A stretch of 64,000 bases of DNA, taken from the NCBI GenBank assembly GCA_015059045.1, contig SVBD01000008.1:9355-73354 (forward strand). The letters run 5' to 3'. Shown one piece after another: positions 16,680 through 26,150 of the stretch. The translations under genes and the position numbers were made by a program. This DNA is from Erysipelotrichaceae bacterium (GTDB taxonomy: Bacteria; Bacillota_I; Bacilli_A; RFN20; CAG-449). Each line of letters starts with the position of its first letter. The stretch's first letter is position 1. The notes beneath the pieces are model-generated. The model had not been told where the DNA came from and made no database searches. It worked only from the letters and a program-made list of their open reading frames with translations.

Positions 16680-17693
16680 AATATATTTTCTTTCTAATCT
16701 ACTAGAAAGATTGCTTACAATTTGATATATAGATTCTTTATAAAATGAAGATAAATCAATAATATTTATATGATCCCCTATAATTTCTATAATTTCATTT
16801 TCTGGAATAAATTCTTTAGAGAAAAGCATTAATAAATCCATGCAAGTTTCTCCGACTTGCTTAAAATAATTATTGTTACTATATCCTAGTGTTTTCCTTT
16901 CTTTTAACCAGCCATCGGCATATCCTAAAGGGATGGTATAAAGATACCCATTTTCTTCTATTATTCCTTCATTATGATATCCTACATATTCATTTTTCTT
17001 TACCTTACTTATTCTATATATTGGTGATTTTAAAGATAAAATAGGTTGGAGAAAAATATGAGATAGATCTAATAGACCATATAGGGCTAAGCCAATACGA
17101 TAATGGGTAGAGAAAGAATCATCAAATAGATAAGAAGAAGAGTTTATGTGTATTTGTAAATTAGAAAAATCTTTAAAAAACGGGAGAATAGATTTAAATA
17201 ATTTTTTTTGATTTTGATAATTGTTTGGACCAGATAAGTGAGTATATACACCCCTTAAAACTAATCTAGATTTTTTAATTAATTCAATACATTCCGCTAA
17301 ATCTTCTTTTTTTAATCCTAATCTATTTAATCCAGTATCAATTTTGATATGGATATTAAAAGAAAGTTTTGTGGATATGATTTTTTTAAGATATTGTAGA
17401 GAACAAATTGAAAGAGTAATACGATTTTCAAATAAGGTTTTAAAATTGCAAGAAGGTTCGAATAAAATTATTGAAATATCTTTAAAGTAATGTCTTAATG
17501 TTAAGGCTTCAGCACTTGTGGCAACACAAAAAGATTTAATCCCATTTTCTAATAAACATTTAGTAATTGGAATTAATCCATGACCATAAGCGTTTGACTT
17601 AACAACTGCAATAATAGGTTTTTTAATAAACTTATTTATTTCATCTACGTTTGACTTCAACTTATTTAAATTAATCTCAAGATAAGAACGCAT
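16674..17693 (-). CDS. alr: Alanine racemase
   Basis: PLP-lysine motif AVVKSNAYGHG near the N-terminus; C-terminal domain present. Confidence 0.8.
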   Translation of the reverse strand: MRSYLEINLNKLKSNVDEINKFIKKPIIAVVKSNAYGHGLIPITKCLLENGIKSFCVATSAEALTLRHYFKDISIILFEPSCNFKTLFENRITLSICSLQYLKKIISTKLSFNIHIKIDTGLNRLGLKKEDLAECIELIKKSRLVLRGVYTHLSGPNNYQNQKKLFKSILPFFKDFSNLQIHINSSSYLFDDSFSTHYRIGLALYGLLDLSHIFLQPILSLKSPIYRISKVKKNEYVGYHNEGIIEENGYLYTIPLGYADGWLKERKTLGYSNNNYFKQVGETCMDLLMLFSKEFIPENEIIEIIGDHINIIDLSSFYKESIYQIVSNLSSRLERKYIL

Positions 17694-17762
17694 AATACCA
17701 CCAATAAATGATATGTGGTATTAGTTAATTTAAGAAATAAAAAAATCTATCAAACGATAGAT

Positions 17763-18032
17763 TTATTTGAGTAATTTTAATTGAGTTAGAAGATCAATAA
17801 ATTTTGCTTCAACAACTTCTTCATTAGTACCTTCAATTCGAATGGTGAATTCATCTTGATCTCTTATTACTAGTGACATCATGTTCATAATAGATTTTAA
17901 GTCAGCATAATCATCACCACAGTAGAGTAAAATATTACAATTAGCTGCTCTATTTGCTTCTGCTACTAATTCAGCCGCAATACGACTAGTTAATCCAATT
18001 TTATTATTTACTTTTCCTAAAATTTCTCTCAT
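17763..18032 (-). CDS. HPr-like phosphocarrier paralog lacking the active-site His15 (Crh-like), regulatory Ser46 conserved
   Basis: Aligns end-to-end with B. subtilis HPr/Crh. GLTSRIAAELVAEANRA vs HPr SGIHARPATVLVQTASK and Crh TGLQARPAALFVQEANR. ADLKSIMNMMSLVI matches the Ser46 loop (VNLKSIMGVMSL). Confidence 0.65.
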   Translation of the reverse strand: MREILGKVNNKIGLTSRIAAELVAEANRAANCNILLYCGDDYADLKSIMNMMSLVIRDQDEFTIRIEGTNEEVVEAKFIDLLTQLKLLK

Positions 18033-18097
18033 ATGAACCTCCTTCGCTATACATTTATTTTACTGAAAATTGCAATATAAATCAACATCAAATATAT

Positions 18098-18844
18098 TTA
18101 ATAATTTTCTATTAGTTTTGGAATAAAATATTGATATTGTTTTTCCCACCAATACCAATGATGAGCCACGTCATCTCCCCAAGTGTCCATCCATGCGTTT
18201 ATTCCTTTAGATTCAAGTATTTCTTTTAATTGGTAATGTGACCAACTAACCAAATGTTCCCAAGCGCCATTTCCTACACAGAAGATAATATTTTTTTGAT
18301 TGTATAAATGAATATATGGATGATCATTTGGAATTTGTCTTAAAAATTTAACAGGGGAGTTATTGTATATATCGTGATTACACCAATTGTTCCAGAAATA
18401 TGATATTTCATAACAACCTGATAAACCTAATACACCTCTAAATAAATCTGGTCTTCTAAAGAAGAGAATAGAAGCTTGAGTTGCACCCATACTACATCCG
18501 GATACGTAAGGAAGAGTGAATCCTTGATTTTCTTCATAGATAATAGGCATTACTTCATCAACGATATATTGGACATATTTTTCTTGCATATATGCTCTAT
18601 GTTCATAGTTTCCAAATTTATTTGAATATGTTTCATAATCAATTGAGTCCACACAAACTAATTTGATTTGTCCTGATTCAATAAAGTTGGATAAGCAAGA
18701 AATCATCCCGTTGATTTCAAAATCATCGCTCATTCCATCTTGGCAAGGAAAAATTAAAAAAGTAATACCGTAATGTCCATATATTTTGATGTTCATATTT
18801 CTATTTAAGTGATGACTGTAATGACTAAATTCTATTTTTCTCAT
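18098..18844 (-). CDS. Putative esterase (esterase D/PF00756-like alpha/beta hydrolase)
   Basis: GxSxG nucleophile elbow SGCSMGATQA; overall family-like layout. Confidence 0.5.
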   Translation of the reverse strand: MRKIEFSHYSHHLNRNMNIKIYGHYGITFLIFPCQDGMSDDFEINGMISCLSNFIESGQIKLVCVDSIDYETYSNKFGNYEHRAYMQEKYVQYIVDEVMPIIYEENQGFTLPYVSGCSMGATQASILFFRRPDLFRGVLGLSGCYEISYFWNNWCNHDIYNNSPVKFLRQIPNDHPYIHLYNQKNIIFCVGNGAWEHLVSWSHYQLKEILESKGINAWMDTWGDDVAHHWYWWEKQYQYFIPKLIENY

Positions 18845-18860
18845 AATCCATTTCCTTCGG

Positions 18861-18882
18861 TTATATTTTATATAAAATATAA
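18861..18882. promoter_or_regulatory. 22-bp perfect AT palindrome in the divergent intergenic region between the esterase gene (-) and the two-component genes (+)
   Basis: ttatattttaTAtaaaatataa; position suits an operator. Confidence 0.2.
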
Positions 18883-18983
18883 TAAAACCGCTATAAAATA
18901 ATGTATATTTTTGCTTTATTTACAAAAATCTTTATTTCGTTAGATTTTAAGATTAAAATAGTAACTAGTTAGGATGTGAAATT

Positions 18984-19658
18984 ATGTTCCAAATTCTTGT
19001 TGTCGATGATGATAGAAGCATTCGCTTCTTTGTTAAGGAAGCTTTAGAATTAAATCATTATACAGTGTATACTGCTAAAGATGGGAAAGAAGCTTTAGAT
19101 ATTTTTGATAACAACCATATTGATTTAGTTATTGTTGATATTATGATGCCAAATATGGATGGATATGAATTTACTAAGGCAATTAGATTAATTGATAGTG
19201 AATTACCTATTTTGATGGTTTCTGCAAAACAATTAGCGGAAGATAGAAAAAAAGGATTTATTGCAGGAATTGATGATTATATGGTTAAGCCTATCGATTT
19301 AGAGGAATTACTTTTACACGTTAAAGCTTTATTAAGAAGGTATAAGATTGCTAGTGAAAGACAAATTGAAATTGGTGACGTAGTTTTAAATTATGATGCA
19401 TATACAGTTTCAAAAAATGATGAAGTTATTGAGTTACCTCAAAAAGAGTTTTTATTACTTTATAAATTACTATCTTATCCAGATAAAATTTTCACTCGAA
19501 TTCAATTAATGGATGAAATTTGGGGTGTTGATTGTGATACTGGTTGGGAAACATTAACAGTTCATATTAATAGATTAAGAAAAAAATTTGAAGGTTGGCC
19601 AGAATTTGAAATAGAATCTATTAGAGGTTTGGGCTATAAGGCGGTTAGAAAAATATGA
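18984..19658 (+). CDS. OmpR-family response regulator
   Basis: Receiver VVDDD...DLVIVDIMMP...K; winged-helix C-terminus. Confidence 0.85.
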   Translation: MFQILVVDDDRSIRFFVKEALELNHYTVYTAKDGKEALDIFDNNHIDLVIVDIMMPNMDGYEFTKAIRLIDSELPILMVSAKQLAEDRKKGFIAGIDDYMVKPIDLEELLLHVKALLRRYKIASERQIEIGDVVLNYDAYTVSKNDEVIELPQKEFLLLYKLLSYPDKIFTRIQLMDEIWGVDCDTGWETLTVHINRLRKKFEGWPEFEIESIRGLGYKAVRKI

Positions 19659-20701
19659 AATTAAAGAAAAAAGAATCAGTTAAAAATTTTAAAACCCTAT
19701 TTGTCTTTATTGTTGCAGCTATTTTGATTTTAACAATTACAATCTTATTTTTGACTGCATATATTTTTAGTGTTACAGAATTAATTACTTTGCATTTTGA
19801 TGAAAAATTGGGTGGATTTGTTGTCTTAATTTTAGCGGCTTCTAGTATTATTATTGGTTTAACTTTGTCTTTTACCTTTGGTCAAATTATTATGAAGCCT
19901 ATTGCTCAAGTAATTGAAGGTATGACTTTTCTAGCGGAAGGTAAATATGATGTAAGAATCAATTTAGGAGAACATAATGCACTAAAAGAATTAGGTGATT
20001 GCTTTAATAAATTAGCAATAGAATTAGGAAATAATGAAATGTTTTCTGCTGAATTCATTAATAATTTTTCGCACGAATTAAAAACCCCATTAGTTTCTAT
20101 TACAGGATTAATTAGTTTAATGAAAAAACCCAATTTTCCAGAAGCGAAAAGATTAGAGTATTTAAAAATTATTGAAGAAGAAGCAAATCGCTTATCGACC
20201 ATTACTACTAATGTATTGAGTTTATCTAAACTTGAAGGACAAGAAATTATTAAAGATAAAAATAAATATAATCTTTCTGAACAAATAAGAAATTGCGTAT
20301 TATTGTTAGAAAAGAAATGGCGTAAGAAAAAGTTAAGCTTATCACTTGATTTTGATGAATATAACATATTTGCAAACGAAGATATGCTAAAACAAGTTTG
20401 GGTGAATCTATTGGATAATGCAATTAAATTTTCATATGATAAAAGCAATTTGATTGTTGATATCAATAGAAATGATGATTGCTTAGTTATAAGAATCACG
20501 AATAATGGCCCAACAATAAGTGATGAAAATAAAAAACTAATCTTTAATAAATTTTATCAAGTTGATAAAACTCATCAAGTTGAAGGTAATGGCATTGGAT
20601 TAAGCATTGTTAATAAAATTGTCAAACTTCACAATGGTAAAGTGGAAGTAGAAAGTAAAGAAGAATTGACTACATTTATCGTATATATTCCTAAAAATTA
20701 A
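19655..20701 (+). CDS. Sensor histidine kinase (two TM segments, HAMP, HisKA, HATPase)
   Basis: H-box FSHELKTPL, N-box LLDNAIKF, G-box GNGIGLSIV. Start overlaps the RR stop. Confidence 0.85.
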   Translation: MKLKKKESVKNFKTLFVFIVAAILILTITILFLTAYIFSVTELITLHFDEKLGGFVVLILAASSIIIGLTLSFTFGQIIMKPIAQVIEGMTFLAEGKYDVRINLGEHNALKELGDCFNKLAIELGNNEMFSAEFINNFSHELKTPLVSITGLISLMKKPNFPEAKRLEYLKIIEEEANRLSTITTNVLSLSKLEGQEIIKDKNKYNLSEQIRNCVLLLEKKWRKKKLSLSLDFDEYNIFANEDMLKQVWVNLLDNAIKFSYDKSNLIVDINRNDDCLVIRITNNGPTISDENKKLIFNKFYQVDKTHQVEGNGIGLSIVNKIVKLHNGKVEVESKEELTTFIVYIPKN

Positions 20702-20703
20702 GA

Positions 20704-20730
20704 CATTATGTAATACATAATGCCTTTTTG
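20704..20730 (+). terminator. Rho-independent terminator after the histidine kinase gene
   Basis: cattatgta-a-tacataatg followed by cctttttgtttatttt. Confidence 0.55.
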
Positions 20731-20815
20731 TTTATTTTCAGTTTATATTTGTGTGATATTTTATTATCGGTAAATTATGGATTTATATAAAAAAAGCCTA
20801 AAGGAGTAGTATTTT

Positions 20816-22474
20816 ATGGGTGATAAAAAAATAATTGATGGTAAAATTTTTGAAAAAATTGTCACTAATGGTGCTTTAAATTTAAAAGCAAATTTACAAG
20901 AAGTAAATGATTTAAACGTTTTCCCAATCCCAGATGGAGATACGGGAGATAATATGTTTATGACAATTAATGGGGGATTACCTTTTTTAAAGAAAGAAGA
21001 AAGTAACGCCCTATATTTAAAAGCAAAGGCATTAGCTAATGGTATGTTATTAAATGCAAGAGGCAACTCTGGTGTTATTCTTTCTCAATTGTTTAATGGC
21101 CTTGCTATTGGTTTAGAAAATAAAGAAACTGCAAGTATTAATGAATTTGGTTTAGCATTTAAAAATGGTGTTAAGCAAGCTTATTCTTCTGTTGTTCAAC
21201 CCGTTGAAGGAACAATTTTAACAGTAGCAAGAGAAGCTGCTGAATATGCTTATGAACATATTGATGAAAATAGTACATTAGATACATTTATTACAGACTA
21301 TGTTTCTGAAATGAAGCATTCGTTAGATAGAACACCAGAACTACTATATGTTTTAAAAGAAGCTGGCGTTATCGATAGTGGGGGAGCAGGACTTCTTTAT
21401 ATCGCAGAAGGTTTCTCTGATGCAGTTAAAGGAAAAGAAATCCAAGATACAAACAATGAAGTAGGAAAGCAAACTCAAATTGATTTTTCAAAATTTAATG
21501 AAAATTCTGTTATGGAATTTGGTTATTGTACAGAATTTTTATTACAACTTCAAACTGTAAAAGTAGATGTTAATAACTTTGATGTTAATAGAATTATTAG
21601 TTTTTTAGAAACAATTGGTGATTCAATCGTTTGCTTCCAAACCGGAACAATTGTTAAGGTTCACGTTCATACTTTAACTCCATATAAAGCATTAGAACAT
21701 TGTCAACAATTTGGCGAATTCCTAACTATCAAAATCGAAAATATGACTTTACAACACAATGAAGTTGTAAAGAAGGAAGAACCTAAAAAACAAAAAAGAA
21801 AAAGTGCAAGGAAAAAATTCGCGGTAATTACAGTTGCTACAGGAAAAGGATTAATTAACACTTTTTCTGAATTAGGTGTTGATGAAGTTATCGATGGTGG
21901 ACAAGGTAAGAATCCTTCAATTGAAAGATTCATTGAAGCGTTTGATGATGTGAATGCAGATTATATTTATGTATTACCAAATAACTCAAATATTATTATG
22001 GCCGCTACACAAGCTAGCGAATTATATAAAGATTCTAAAATTTATGTAATTAAAAGTAAAAACTTTGGACAAGCTTATTCAACATTATCTATGTTAGATT
22101 TCTCTAGTGATGATCCGGATTTGATTGCAGAGCAATTAACTGAAGGTATGGAAAATGTAGTAACAGGTATGATTACTAAATCTATTAGAGATGCAAACAT
22201 TAATGAAGTTGATATTAAAGAAGGAGAATACATTGGTTTTACTGATAAAACAATGCATGTATCAACTCCAACTAAATTAGAAACCTATAGAGGTTTATTA
22301 GAAAAAATATCAGCGCAAGATAAAGAATTCTTAATTAATATTTACGCTGATAGTGTTACTGATGAAGAAAAAGAAGAAATCAATAATTTATTACAAGAAA
22401 AATATCCTTCATTAGAAGTATATGAACTTGAAGGTAATCAAGAAGTATACGACATTATTACAATTTTAGAGTAA
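20816..22474 (+). CDS. fakA: Fatty acid kinase ATP-binding subunit FakA (DAK2-domain protein, YloV-like)
   Basis: DhaL/Dak2 motif PDGDTGDNM. About 550 aa with a basic linker, typical of FakA. Confidence 0.75.
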   Translation: MGDKKIIDGKIFEKIVTNGALNLKANLQEVNDLNVFPIPDGDTGDNMFMTINGGLPFLKKEESNALYLKAKALANGMLLNARGNSGVILSQLFNGLAIGLENKETASINEFGLAFKNGVKQAYSSVVQPVEGTILTVAREAAEYAYEHIDENSTLDTFITDYVSEMKHSLDRTPELLYVLKEAGVIDSGGAGLLYIAEGFSDAVKGKEIQDTNNEVGKQTQIDFSKFNENSVMEFGYCTEFLLQLQTVKVDVNNFDVNRIISFLETIGDSIVCFQTGTIVKVHVHTLTPYKALEHCQQFGEFLTIKIENMTLQHNEVVKKEEPKKQKRKSARKKFAVITVATGKGLINTFSELGVDEVIDGGQGKNPSIERFIEAFDDVNADYIYVLPNNSNIIMAATQASELYKDSKIYVIKSKNFGQAYSTLSMLDFSSDDPDLIAEQLTEGMENVVTGMITKSIRDANINEVDIKEGEYIGFTDKTMHVSTPTKLETYRGLLEKISAQDKEFLINIYADSVTDEEKEEINNLLQEKYPSLEVYELEGNQEVYDIITILE

Positions 22475-22479
22475 TTATT

Positions 22480-23445
22480 ATGGAGTGGTATTTTAGATTA
22501 TTAATTATACTTTGCATTATTGGGTTAATAATTCTAATTCTATCAATCTTTTCTCGTTTATATTATTCTAGATCACTTATGGCAACTCTTGTAGAATGGT
22601 ACTTAAGAATTACCACGAAGAAGATTAGTGAAGAAGATGTTCGTAATTCGTTATCACAACTTCCAAAGGCAAACGATGTAGAATATAAACTTCCAAAATT
22701 ATTAAATTTAAAAGATTATGTAAAAGAAGAAAAATACCAAAATATGCAAGTATTTACTTTCAACAAAGATAAAATAGATTCTTCTAAAGTCATTATTTAT
22801 CTTCATGGTGGAGCATATGTTAGACAACCTAGATTCCATCATATAAAATTTGTTAAAAAGTTGGCAAAGAAAAGTGGTTTACCAGTAATTCTTCCACTTT
22901 ATCCTAAGGCTCCAAATCATACATTTGAAGAGTCTTATAAGTTACTTACTTCGTTCTATTTAGAAATAAGAAAGAAGTATCAAAAAGTTTATTTGATGGG
23001 TGATTCTTCTGGCGGAGGATTAGCTTTAGGTTTATGCGAAGATTTTCTTAAAAAGAAAATCGCTCAACCAGATGAACTTATATTATTCTCACCTTGGGTA
23101 GATATATCTTTGAAAAATGAAGATATTAGATACTATGAAAACTTAGATCCATTGATATCTAAGAAAAACACAATTATTTGGGGAAATAGTTGGACTAACA
23201 ATACTAATGCGTATGATTACAAATTAAGCCCAATTTATGGAGATATGTTAGGATTAAATTCGGTTCACTTGTTTGTAGGAACTAGAGAAATTTTATACCC
23301 CGATATCAAACTATGCTATTCAATTATGAAGGATAGTAAAGTTGATGTTAAGTACTATGTTGGAAAAGGATTAAATCACGTTTATCCAATTTATCCAATT
23401 AGTGAAGCAAATTTGGTAATGAAAAAACTATTAGAAATATTTTAA
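22480..23445 (+). CDS. Alpha/beta hydrolase fold-3 esterase/lipase (membrane-anchored N-terminus)
   Basis: HGGAY oxyanion motif and GDSSGG nucleophile (GDSAG-type). N-terminal TM helix. Confidence 0.65.
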   Translation: MEWYFRLLIILCIIGLIILILSIFSRLYYSRSLMATLVEWYLRITTKKISEEDVRNSLSQLPKANDVEYKLPKLLNLKDYVKEEKYQNMQVFTFNKDKIDSSKVIIYLHGGAYVRQPRFHHIKFVKKLAKKSGLPVILPLYPKAPNHTFEESYKLLTSFYLEIRKKYQKVYLMGDSSGGGLALGLCEDFLKKKIAQPDELILFSPWVDISLKNEDIRYYENLDPLISKKNTIIWGNSWTNNTNAYDYKLSPIYGDMLGLNSVHLFVGTREILYPDIKLCYSIMKDSKVDVKYYVGKGLNHVYPIYPISEANLVMKKLLEIF

Positions 23446-23462
23446 TGAAAGGAGAATAGTTT

Positions 23463-24362
23463 ATGAAAAAATTTATTATTATTACAGATTCATGCAGCGA
23501 TTTAGAAAAAGAATTAAGAGATCAATACGACATTGAGTACATTCCTAATACTTATAGTTTTGATGGAAGAAGCGTTGTTGCAGATTTAGACTGGAAAGAA
23601 ATTTCCGTTAAAGAATTCTATGATTTAATGAGAAATGGAACTAGAATTTTAACTTCGCAAGTTACTGCAAACCAATATCGTGAAGTATTTGAAAATGCGA
23701 TTAAAGAAGGTTATGATATTTTATCTATTTCTTGTTCTTCAGCTTTATCTTCTGGTGTTAAAGCAAGTTATTTAATTAGAGATGAATTATTAGAAAAATA
23801 TCCTGAAGCAAAAATTATTTGTATCGACTCATTAATGTCTTGTTCTGGATTAGGTTTATTATGTATTAGAGCTTCAAAATTAAGAAGTGAAGGAAAAACA
23901 ATTGAAGAAGTAGCTTCATGGGTTGAAGAAAATAAATTAAATATGCACCAAGAAGCTGTTGCAGATAAATTAATTTATTTGAAAAGAGCTGGTAGAGTTT
24001 CAGCAGCTAGTGCATTCTTTGGTGGCTTATTAAATATTAAACCTATTATTATTTCAGATGTTCGTGGTAGAAATGCAGCAGTTGAAAAAGTTAAAGGTAA
24101 AAAAGCTTCTTTTATTAGATTATGTGAAAGAATTAAAGAAAGAATTACTAATGTTGATTATCAACAAGTAGTTATTGGACATGCTGATTGCCTTGAAGAT
24201 GCTTTAGAATTAAAAGAATTAATTTTAGAAAAAGTAGATTCATCATTAAATGTTCGCATCTCTTATATTGGACCTATGGTAGGCGCTAGTGTTGGGCCTG
24301 GAACAATGGGTGTATATTTCTATGGAGTAGAAGAAACATACGATTCCGAGGTCAATAACTAA
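23463..24362 (+). CDS. fakB: DegV-family fatty-acid-binding protein (FakB)
   Basis: IIITDSCSDL N-terminus; DegV fold signature. Confidence 0.8.
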   Translation: MKKFIIITDSCSDLEKELRDQYDIEYIPNTYSFDGRSVVADLDWKEISVKEFYDLMRNGTRILTSQVTANQYREVFENAIKEGYDILSISCSSALSSGVKASYLIRDELLEKYPEAKIICIDSLMSCSGLGLLCIRASKLRSEGKTIEEVASWVEENKLNMHQEAVADKLIYLKRAGRVSAASAFFGGLLNIKPIIISDVRGRNAAVEKVKGKKASFIRLCERIKERITNVDYQQVVIGHADCLEDALELKELILEKVDSSLNVRISYIGPMVGASVGPGTMGVYFYGVEETYDSEVNN

Positions 24363-25078
24363 TGGCTAAGGAATTTAAAGTTCCAAGTAGAAAACAACCA
24401 ATCTGGAAACCAATAAAAAAAGTTTTAGAGTTCTTTGGTTGGAGAAATATCAAAGTAGAATTATTAACAGATAAAATTGAAGAAAAATCAATTATTGTAT
24501 CAAATCACTCCGCAAAAAAAGGACCTATGGGTTGTGAGATTGCTTTACCTGTTTTTAATGTAAAATGGGGCGCTCACGAAATGTTAGGTAATTATCGTTC
24601 TAGATGGAATTATCTAGTTAATGTATTTTATACTCAAAAACAAAAAATGAAGCCTTTAAAAGCAAAATTCAAAGCAACTTTTGAAGCAATTTTTTCAAAA
24701 CGAATTTATACTGGTATGAAATTTATCGGTACTTATCCGGATGGAAGAGTAAAGATTACTATTAGAAATAGTATTAAAGTTTTAGAAGATAATAAAGCAA
24801 TTTTAGTATTCCCTGAAGATTCAAACGAAGGATATTTTGATGTAATGACATCTTTCTTCCCTGGCTTTGTAATGTTAAGCGAGCAATATTATAAAATCCA
24901 TGGAGAAGATTTACCAATTTATCCAATGTATTATCATCATAAATCAAAAAGAATTATCGTTGATAAACCAGTTTATGTTCAAGAATTAATTAAGCAAGGT
25001 ATGAACCGAAAAGAAATTGCTGCACACTTCTGTAGTTTAGTTAATAATTTATATTTTAAATATATTGAAAACAAATAA
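24362..25078 (+). CDS. Hypothetical protein, possibly PlsC-superfamily acyltransferase-like
   Basis: IIVSNHSAKKGP (degenerate NHxxxxD block) and FPEDSNEG (FPEGTR-like block). Start overlaps the fakB stop. Confidence 0.3.
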   Translation: MAKEFKVPSRKQPIWKPIKKVLEFFGWRNIKVELLTDKIEEKSIIVSNHSAKKGPMGCEIALPVFNVKWGAHEMLGNYRSRWNYLVNVFYTQKQKMKPLKAKFKATFEAIFSKRIYTGMKFIGTYPDGRVKITIRNSIKVLEDNKAILVFPEDSNEGYFDVMTSFFPGFVMLSEQYYKIHGEDLPIYPMYYHHKSKRIIVDKPVYVQELIKQGMNRKEIAAHFCSLVNNLYFKYIENK

Positions 25079-25083
25079 TTTAT

Positions 25084-25107
25084 AAATCCCCTTATAGGGG
25101 ATTTTTA
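25084..25107 (+). terminator. Rho-independent terminator
   Basis: aaatcccc-ttatag-ggggattttt. Confidence 0.75.
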
Positions 25108-25176
25108 ATTTAAACTAAAGATTGTATTTTATTATTTAAGTGATATAATTACAAATAGTTTGTGGAGGAAGTAAAG

Positions 25177-26055
25177 ATGAAAGTAAGAAAAGCGATTATT
25201 CCTGCGGCGGGATTAGGAACTAGATTTTTACCTGCAACAAAAGCAATTCCAAAAGAAATGCTTCCAATTGTTGATATTCCAACAATTCAATATATCGTTA
25301 AAGAAGCACTTGATTCTGGGATTGAAGAAATCTTAATTATTGATAATCAATACAAAGAATGCATTCATACACATTTTAGCGTTGATCAAAGATTAGAAAA
25401 TAAATTATTAGAAACAAATAAGCAAGCTGACTATGAATTAGTTCATCAAATTGGAACAATGGCTAAAATTACTTATGTTCAACAAAATAATCCTAAAGGA
25501 TTAGGACATGCAATTAGTTTGGGGAAAGAGTTTGTTGGAAATGAACCATTTGCAATTTTGTTAGGTGATGATATTGTTGTTAATAGAAATCCTAATGGTC
25601 TACCAGCGTTAAAACAATTAATTAATGTTTATGAGTCAACCTCTTCAAGTGTATTAGGTGTTCAAACAGTTAGTGAAAATGATGTTAATAAATATGGTGT
25701 TGTTAAACCATCATTAGTAGTTGATGAAAGAACAGTAGAAATTTGTGATTTTGTTGAAAAACCAAAGAAAGAAGAAGCCCCATCTAGATTAGCGGTTTTA
25801 GGTCGTTATGTTATTACTCCTGAAATTTTTGAAATTTTAGATAAACAAGAACCAGGAAAAGGTGGAGAAATTCAATTAACAGATGCAATTAAGAAATTAT
25901 TAGACACACAAAAAGTATTTGCTTATGATTTCGAAGGAACTAGATATGATGTTGGTGACAAGTTTGGTTTTGTCAAAGCCACTATAGATTTTAGTTTAGA
26001 AAGAGAAGAATTAAGAACGCAAGTACTTGATTACATTCGTTCAATAGATAAATAA
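25177..26055 (+). CDS. galU: UTP--glucose-1-phosphate uridylyltransferase
   Basis: KAIIPAAGLGTRFLPATKAIPKEMLPIVD N-terminal signature; RBS GGAGGA 7 nt upstream of this ATG. Confidence 0.9.
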   Translation: MKVRKAIIPAAGLGTRFLPATKAIPKEMLPIVDIPTIQYIVKEALDSGIEEILIIDNQYKECIHTHFSVDQRLENKLLETNKQADYELVHQIGTMAKITYVQQNNPKGLGHAISLGKEFVGNEPFAILLGDDIVVNRNPNGLPALKQLINVYESTSSSVLGVQTVSENDVNKYGVVKPSLVVDERTVEICDFVEKPKKEEAPSRLAVLGRYVITPEIFEILDKQEPGKGGEIQLTDAIKKLLDTQKVFAYDFEGTRYDVGDKFGFVKATIDFSLEREELRTQVLDYIRSIDK

Positions 26056-26060
26056 TTATC

Positions 26061-26107
26061 AAAACAACCGATTTATTTCATTTAAGTATGGTAAAATCGG
26101 TTGTTTT
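26061..26107 (+). terminator. Perfect 14-bp stem hairpin with 19-nt loop between galU and the PFOR gene (terminator or regulatory hairpin)
   Basis: aaaacaaccgattt...aaatcggttgtttt followed by agttt. Confidence 0.4.
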
Positions 26108-26150
26108 AGTTTATACTAAAAAATGATTTTTAAGGAGGAAGATTAAAATC

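Noticed and set aside
19906-20499. 197-aa minus-strand ORF overlapping the histidine kinase gene
   Set aside because: It is fully antisense to a CDS with clear H/N/G boxes, and the HK frame is the real one.
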